From Roseibacillus sp. (GTDB taxonomy: Bacteria > Verrucomicrobiota > Verrucomicrobiia > Verrucomicrobiales > Akkermansiaceae), in assembly GCA_965242925.1 (NCBI GenBank), contig CBDEUM010000029.1:96001-160000 (forward strand): a stretch of DNA of 64,000 nt, read 5' to 3'. A program made the position numbers and the translations under genes. Below the pieces are notes generated by a model. The model saw only the letters and a list, made by a program, of their open reading frames with translations. It made no database searches and had not been told where the DNA came from. Shown here piece by piece: positions 60,833 through 64,000 of the stretch; position 1 is the first letter of the stretch; every line of letters begins with the position of its first letter.

Positions 60833-61196
60833 GTTGGGTTGCCTATGGAAATAGCGTTGGCTGCCTAAATCTTTTGCTGCAGGGGCAGCTTGGTAAGAGC
60901 ATCTGATGTGGCAGGAGGGTCCGTCAACATTGAAGTTACGTCTTTAGTTCGATGGATAGTTTGCCTCTCTGAAACAAAATATGGCTGACCGGGTGAGGGT
61001 TGCACAGGGTGGCCCCGGGGATGAGCGATCAGCATGGTGTGAGCCCTGAATCCCTAGGGTCATACGGATTTCCTGCATGTTAGAGATGTCCGCCGATTGA
61101 GCTTTCGCCTTGGCCTTGCTGGGGATTCCACGAGGAAATATTGCGGCCCCTGCTCCTTGGGGCTAGCACTCGTGGAGCGACTGAGATTCCACTACC

Positions 61197-61976
61197 ATGA
61201 AGAACGCCCTGGCTTTTCTGACCTTTCTGTTCCTTTTCACCTCGACGAACCTTCACGCTGATGAGGGCAACAAGAACGACAAGGGGGACCGCGTGTATGA
61301 GTTGCGGACCTACTATGCGAACGAGGGAAAACTCAATGCCCTCCATGCGCGCTTTCGGGATCATACCTGCGATCTTTTTGAGAAGCACGGCATGCAGAAT
61401 GTCGCCTACTGGGTGCCCGTGGACAATCAGGCCAACACGCTGGTTTACATCGTTTCCCATGCCAGCCGGGAGGCGGGGAAGAAGTCGTGGGGCGCCTTTC
61501 TCAAGGATCCCGACTGGCAGGCGGCATACAAGGCCTCGGTCCGGGACGGAAAACTGGTACGCAAGATCGAGCGGGTGTTCCTCACCGCCACGGATTATTC
61601 GCCGGAACTCAAGATTGAGGCCGGCAACCCTGTCCGCCTCTTCGAGCTTCGCACCTACACCACCCACGAGGGGAAACGCCCCGATATTAACAAGCGCTTC
61701 CGCGATCATACCTGTGCCCTGTTCGCCCGGCATGGGATCACCAACCTGCTCTATTGTGATCTCATGAAGGATCAGAAGGGATCGGACATGACTCTGACCT
61801 ATCTCATCGCTCACAAGGATCAGAAAGCTCGTGCCGCTTCCTGGGATGCTTTCCGCAAGGACCCCGACTGGCAGGCCGCCCGCAAGGCCTCCCAGGTAAA
61901 GGGTCCAATCCTGCTCAAAAAAGGTGGAGTGAAGTCGACCCTGCTCACGGCTGTCGATTATTCGCCGATGAAGTAG
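61197..61976 (+). CDS. NIPSNAP family protein (two tandem domains, signal peptide)
   Basis: YELRTY...GKL..L..RFRDHT..LF.KHG...W.AF.KDPDW repeated twice. Confidence 0.9.
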   Translation: MKNALAFLTFLFLFTSTNLHADEGNKNDKGDRVYELRTYYANEGKLNALHARFRDHTCDLFEKHGMQNVAYWVPVDNQANTLVYIVSHASREAGKKSWGAFLKDPDWQAAYKASVRDGKLVRKIERVFLTATDYSPELKIEAGNPVRLFELRTYTTHEGKRPDINKRFRDHTCALFARHGITNLLYCDLMKDQKGSDMTLTYLIAHKDQKARAASWDAFRKDPDWQAARKASQVKGPILLKKGGVKSTLLTAVDYSPMK

Positions 61977-62099
61977 CATCGACGGTGCGAGGATCCGGGA
62001 GTCCTGACGGTCTGCTGGCCGGGTGATGTTTCCCGCGGGTCTGAGGGCCGGGAGACGAGGCCTTGTCTCCTGGCGTCAGGGATGATTACTTCGGGGTCG

Positions 62100-63437
62100 A
62101 TGTCCCGCTGCCTGTTTGCCTTCCTGGTTCTCATCCACCACGGTTCCGCCATTGCGGGGGACCTGCCCTCCAGGCCGAATATCATCTGGATCATGTGTGA
62201 TGACCTGGGATACGGGGATCTGGGATGCTTCGGGCAGAAGACGATCGCAACCCCGCGTCTCGATCAACTGGCCAAAGAAGGGATGCGCTTCACCGATTTC
62301 TATGCCGGCTGCACGGTCTGCCGGCCTTCCCGGTTGTCGCTCTGGACCGGAAAGCACATGGGGCATACGCCCATTTCCTCCAATGCAAACTATCACTTCA
62401 AGCCGGGGGACGTCACGGTGGCAGAGCTGCTCAAGGACGCGGGTTACCGGACCGGAGGCGTTGGCAAGTGGGCCATGGGAGGGGTGGAGACCAGCGGATT
62501 CCCGTTGAAGAACGGTTTCGACTTCTGGATGGGCTACCTGGACCAGGGACAGGCTCATAATTACTATCCGACCCACCTGTGGCGGAACGGGCAGAAGTAT
62601 CCGCTCGCCGGGAATGTGCTTTCCGACCATCCCAGGGCGCGTGGTCGGGTGACGTCCAGGAAGGTGACCTGGTCCCACCCGGTCATGACGGAGGAGGCCT
62701 TCGCCTTTATCAGGGAGAGCGGGGACCAGCCCTTTCTCCTGCACGTGCACTGGACCATTCCCCATGCAAACAACGAGGGTGGTCGCGTTCATGGTGACGG
62801 AATGGAGGTGCCGGACTACGGAATCTACAAGGAGAAGGACTGGGCAAACACGAGCAAGGGTCAGGCTGCGATGGTCAGCTGGATGGACCGGGACGTGGGC
62901 CGTCTGGTGGATCTCCTGCGGGGGCTTAAACTCGAGCGCCGGACCCTCGTGATCTTTACCTCCGACAACGGGCCTCATTCGGAGGGCGGGCACCGGCACG
63001 AGGTATTCGATGCAAACGGGCCCTTGCGTGGGTTCAAACGCGACCTTTACGAGGGTGGGATCCGCGTTCCCACCATCGCATGGTGGCCCGGGGTGGTGGA
63101 GCCTGGAACAACCTGCGCTGAACCACTGGCTTTCTGGGACTTCCTGCCCACGGCCTGCGAACTGGCCGGGACGAAGGCTCCGCCTGGTCTCGACGGGATC
63201 TCCTTTGTGAATGCCCTCAGGGGCATGAAACAGAGGAGTCACGATTATCTCTACTGGAAGTATGGCCGGAAGGAGGCCGTGCGTGCCGGAAACTGGAAAC
63301 TGGTGCGGACCGATGCAGCGAAGCCTGCAGAACTCTACGACCTCAAGGGCGATCCCGGGGAGAAGAGCAATGTGGCGGGGGAACACAAGGCGGTGGTCCA
63401 GACGCTGCAGGACTACCTGGGACAGGCGACGAAGTAG
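62100..63437 (+). CDS. Arylsulfatase (formylglycine-dependent, Cys type)
   Basis: RPNIIWIMCDDLGYGD, CRPSR, GYRTGGVGKW, FTSDNG, LYEGGIRVP, ELYDLKGDPGE. Confidence 0.93.
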   Translation: MSRCLFAFLVLIHHGSAIAGDLPSRPNIIWIMCDDLGYGDLGCFGQKTIATPRLDQLAKEGMRFTDFYAGCTVCRPSRLSLWTGKHMGHTPISSNANYHFKPGDVTVAELLKDAGYRTGGVGKWAMGGVETSGFPLKNGFDFWMGYLDQGQAHNYYPTHLWRNGQKYPLAGNVLSDHPRARGRVTSRKVTWSHPVMTEEAFAFIRESGDQPFLLHVHWTIPHANNEGGRVHGDGMEVPDYGIYKEKDWANTSKGQAAMVSWMDRDVGRLVDLLRGLKLERRTLVIFTSDNGPHSEGGHRHEVFDANGPLRGFKRDLYEGGIRVPTIAWWPGVVEPGTTCAEPLAFWDFLPTACELAGTKAPPGLDGISFVNALRGMKQRSHDYLYWKYGRKEAVRAGNWKLVRTDAAKPAELYDLKGDPGEKSNVAGEHKAVVQTLQDYLGQATK

Positions 63438-63546
63438 CGCTCCGGTGCGGAGATAACGTGATTCTGTCACCCGGTCTGTTCTCCCCTCTCACCAGCGGGA
63501 AAGGGCGAGCTTGCCAAGGACGGCCGTGGGCTCTAAATCCCCGCCC

Positions 63547-64000
63547 ATGGCAGAAACATTGCGTTGGGGCATTCTTAGCACGGCAGGGATTGCGCGTAAG
63601 AACTGGGAGGCGATCAGAAATTCCGGGAATGGAACCATCACGGCGGTGGCGAGCCGCGATGCGGCCAAGGCGCAGCAGTTCATCGATGAGTGCCAGGCCG
63701 AGGTGCCTTTTGACGACGCGCCGCGGGCGATCGGGAGCTATGATGAGATCGTGGCGGCGGATGACGTGGATGCGGTCTACATTCCGCTCCCCACGGGCCT
63801 GCGCAAGGAATGGGTCATCAAGGCGGCCAACGCAGGCAGGCACGTGATGTGCGAGAAGCCCTGCGCGGTCAGTCATGCGGATCTCGTGGAGATGACCGAG
63901 GCCTGTGCGTCCAACAACGTGCAGTTCATGGACGGGATCATGTACATGCACAGCGACCGCATGCCGAAATTGCGGGCTGCTCTCGATGAGCCCGCCAATG
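63547..64000 (+). CDS. Gfo/Idh/MocA family oxidoreductase (3' end truncated)
   Basis: MAETLRWGILSTAGIA...VASRD...DAVYIPLP...GRHVMCEKP. Absent from the ORF track because it has no stop in the window. Confidence 0.9.
   Translation, partial: MAETLRWGILSTAGIARKNWEAIRNSGNGTITAVASRDAAKAQQFIDECQAEVPFDDAPRAIGSYDEIVAADDVDAVYIPLPTGLRKEWVIKAANAGRHVMCEKPCAVSHADLVEMTEACASNNVQFMDGIMYMHSDRMPKLRAALDEPAN

Overview
GC-rich bacterial chromosome segment, most likely from a free-living Verrucomicrobiota (PVC superphylum) genome. This assignment is inferred from the PEP-CTERM protein, PVC-type CxxCH dehydrogenases, PSD1/DUF1501 pairs and a CotH-lamin-tail protein. Core genes present: tkt, tyrS, tRNA-His, rnc, galU, rnpB, an aas-like gene and a cobalamin riboswitch-btuB unit. 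A large accessory block (~8.8-47 kb) encodes exported proteins: an FG-GAP protein, two PVC-type heme c dehydrogenases, ThuA, two lactonases, LamG and CotH surface proteins, and four tandem planctomycete cytochrome c (DUF1549/DUF1553) + DUF1501 pairs. Four genes carry single-base frameshifts, probably sequencing errors. No mobile element, CRISPR array or rRNA is visible. Most notable: (1) a plant-type glucuronokinase next to a GalU-family pyrophosphorylase, a candidate bacterial UDP-glucuronate salvage route; (2) a ~96% identical LamG domain duplicated into two adjacent genes with different C-termini (PEP-CTERM versus a recurring ~70-80 aa beta-domain that may be an undescribed sorting signal); (3) an atypical sigma factor/anti-sigma/TPS-domain locus; (4) orphan minus-strand sRNA candidates; (5) a BlaI/M56 module with three non-canonical operator boxes. 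All family calls come from motif recognition by eye, not from database searches.
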